Source: Candidatus Margulisiibacteriota bacterium (GTDB taxonomy: Bacteria > Margulisbacteria > WOR-1 > O2-12-FULL-45-9). Taken from it: a DNA stretch of 43,809 nucleotides. The notes beneath the pieces were generated by a model. That model saw nothing but the letters and a program-made list of their open reading frames with translations, did not search any database and had not been told where the DNA came from. Where the stretch lies: positions 1-43,809 of the forward strand of contig JAYEOW010000020.1 in assembly GCA_034723395.1 (NCBI GenBank). The letters are read 5' to 3'. The translations under genes were made by a program, and so were the position numbers. This document shows, piece by piece, positions 43,179-43,809 of the stretch (positions are counted from its first letter, which is position 1; each line of letters opens with the position of its first letter).

Positions 43179-43809
43179 GCTTATCATTAAACCATCAAAG
43201 CAGATAAGATCCGAAATCCGCGTCCCCGGAGATAAATCGATTTCCCACCGTGCAGTTATGATCGGTTCCCTGGCCAACGGCGAGACGATCATTAATGGTT
43301 TTTTGCCGAGTGAAGATTGCTTGGCTACGGTTGATTGTTTTAAGAAGCTTGGGATCGATATACAAATTAAAAATAAATGTAAAATTATTATAAAAGGCAA
43401 AGGCTTGAACGGATTGCAAGCGCCTAAAGAAGAGTTATTTGTTGGAAACTCCGGAACAACAATCCGTTTAATGTCGGGAATTCTCGCCGGGCAGTCGTTT
43501 GCGACGGAAATTACGGGTGATAAATCGATCCAGAAAAGGCCGATGATGAGGATTGTAACGCCGCTTAGGGAGATGGGGGCGGGCATTGAAGGTGAATTTG
43601 CTCCGCTAAAAATTTCAGGAGGAAAACTTTTTCCAATAAGATACGAGTTGCCGATCGCTTCCGCGCAGGTTAAGTCCGCTGTCCTCCTGGCGGGATTGTT
43701 TGCAGATGGAGTGACAACTGTTGTCGAAAAAAACCAGGCGAGGGATCATACCGAACGTATGCTCGCCTATTACGGAGCCAGGATAAAATCGAGAAACTTA
43801 AACAGCCAG
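43171..43809 (+). CDS. aroA: 3-phosphoshikimate 1-carboxyvinyltransferase (3'-truncated by the window edge; not in the ORF track)
   Basis: Manual translation from ATG 43171 gives MAKLIIKP..VPGDKSISHRA, GNSGTTIRL, RPM.RI, ASAQVKSA and RDHTERML. Confidence 0.96.
   Translation, partial: MAKLIIKPSKQIRSEIRVPGDKSISHRAVMIGSLANGETIINGFLPSEDCLATVDCFKKLGIDIQIKNKCKIIIKGKGLNGLQAPKEELFVGNSGTTIRLMSGILAGQSFATEITGDKSIQKRPMMRIVTPLREMGAGIEGEFAPLKISGGKLFPIRYELPIASAQVKSAVLLAGLFADGVTTVVEKNQARDHTERMLAYYGARIKSRNLNSQ

Noticed and set aside
101..43586. Many short ORFs in the track that are antisense to or nested in recognised genes (e.g. 881-1411, 7532-8005, 24792-25442, 43137-43586)
   Set aside because: They are shadow frames of confidently identified genes and have no motifs; 43137-43586 is antisense to aroA.

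Overview
A 43.8-kb, gene-dense bacterial chromosome segment from a diderm (lpxD, skp and a YjbH-like barrel are present). Gene content and style suggest a Cyanobacteria-sibling lineage such as Ca. Saganbacteria/Margulisbacteria; this is inference and was not tested. Most of the window is housekeeping: gyrA 3' part, gcvT-H-PA, hisC, hisD, mnmG, pyrH-frr-uppS-cdsA-nadC, uvrD/pcrA, ychF, rpsF-ssb-ssb-rpsR-rplI, uvrC, M23 and S41 peptidases, PGI/PMI, miaA, aroE, purE, tyrA and the aroA 5' part. I saw no rRNA, tRNA, CRISPR array, transposase or integrase. Notable signals: (1) the three lineage-specific orphan genes on the + strand share an exactly spaced upstream motif, GAAATT-N14-TCGA, a candidate alternative-sigma regulon that includes a Cys-His-Asp transglutaminase-like protein; (2) a ~21-bp hairpin repeat occurs five times, always in sense orientation, four times just before Shine-Dalgarno sites and once in frame inside YchF, alongside other palindromes and heptamer arrays written into core proteins; (3) UvrD carries a 363-aa intein with a GIY-YIG-like rather than LAGLIDADG insert; (4) an AAA_14/DUF4143 ATPase is flanked by a 44-bp duplication of the uvrD 3' end that differs almost only at synonymous sites; (5) a missed 37-aa K/R-rich ORF, a CTG start for uppS, tandem ssb genes, a sigma54-type promoter on a minimal PilB/GspE ATPase, frequent leaderless genes and a probable Re-citrate synthase.
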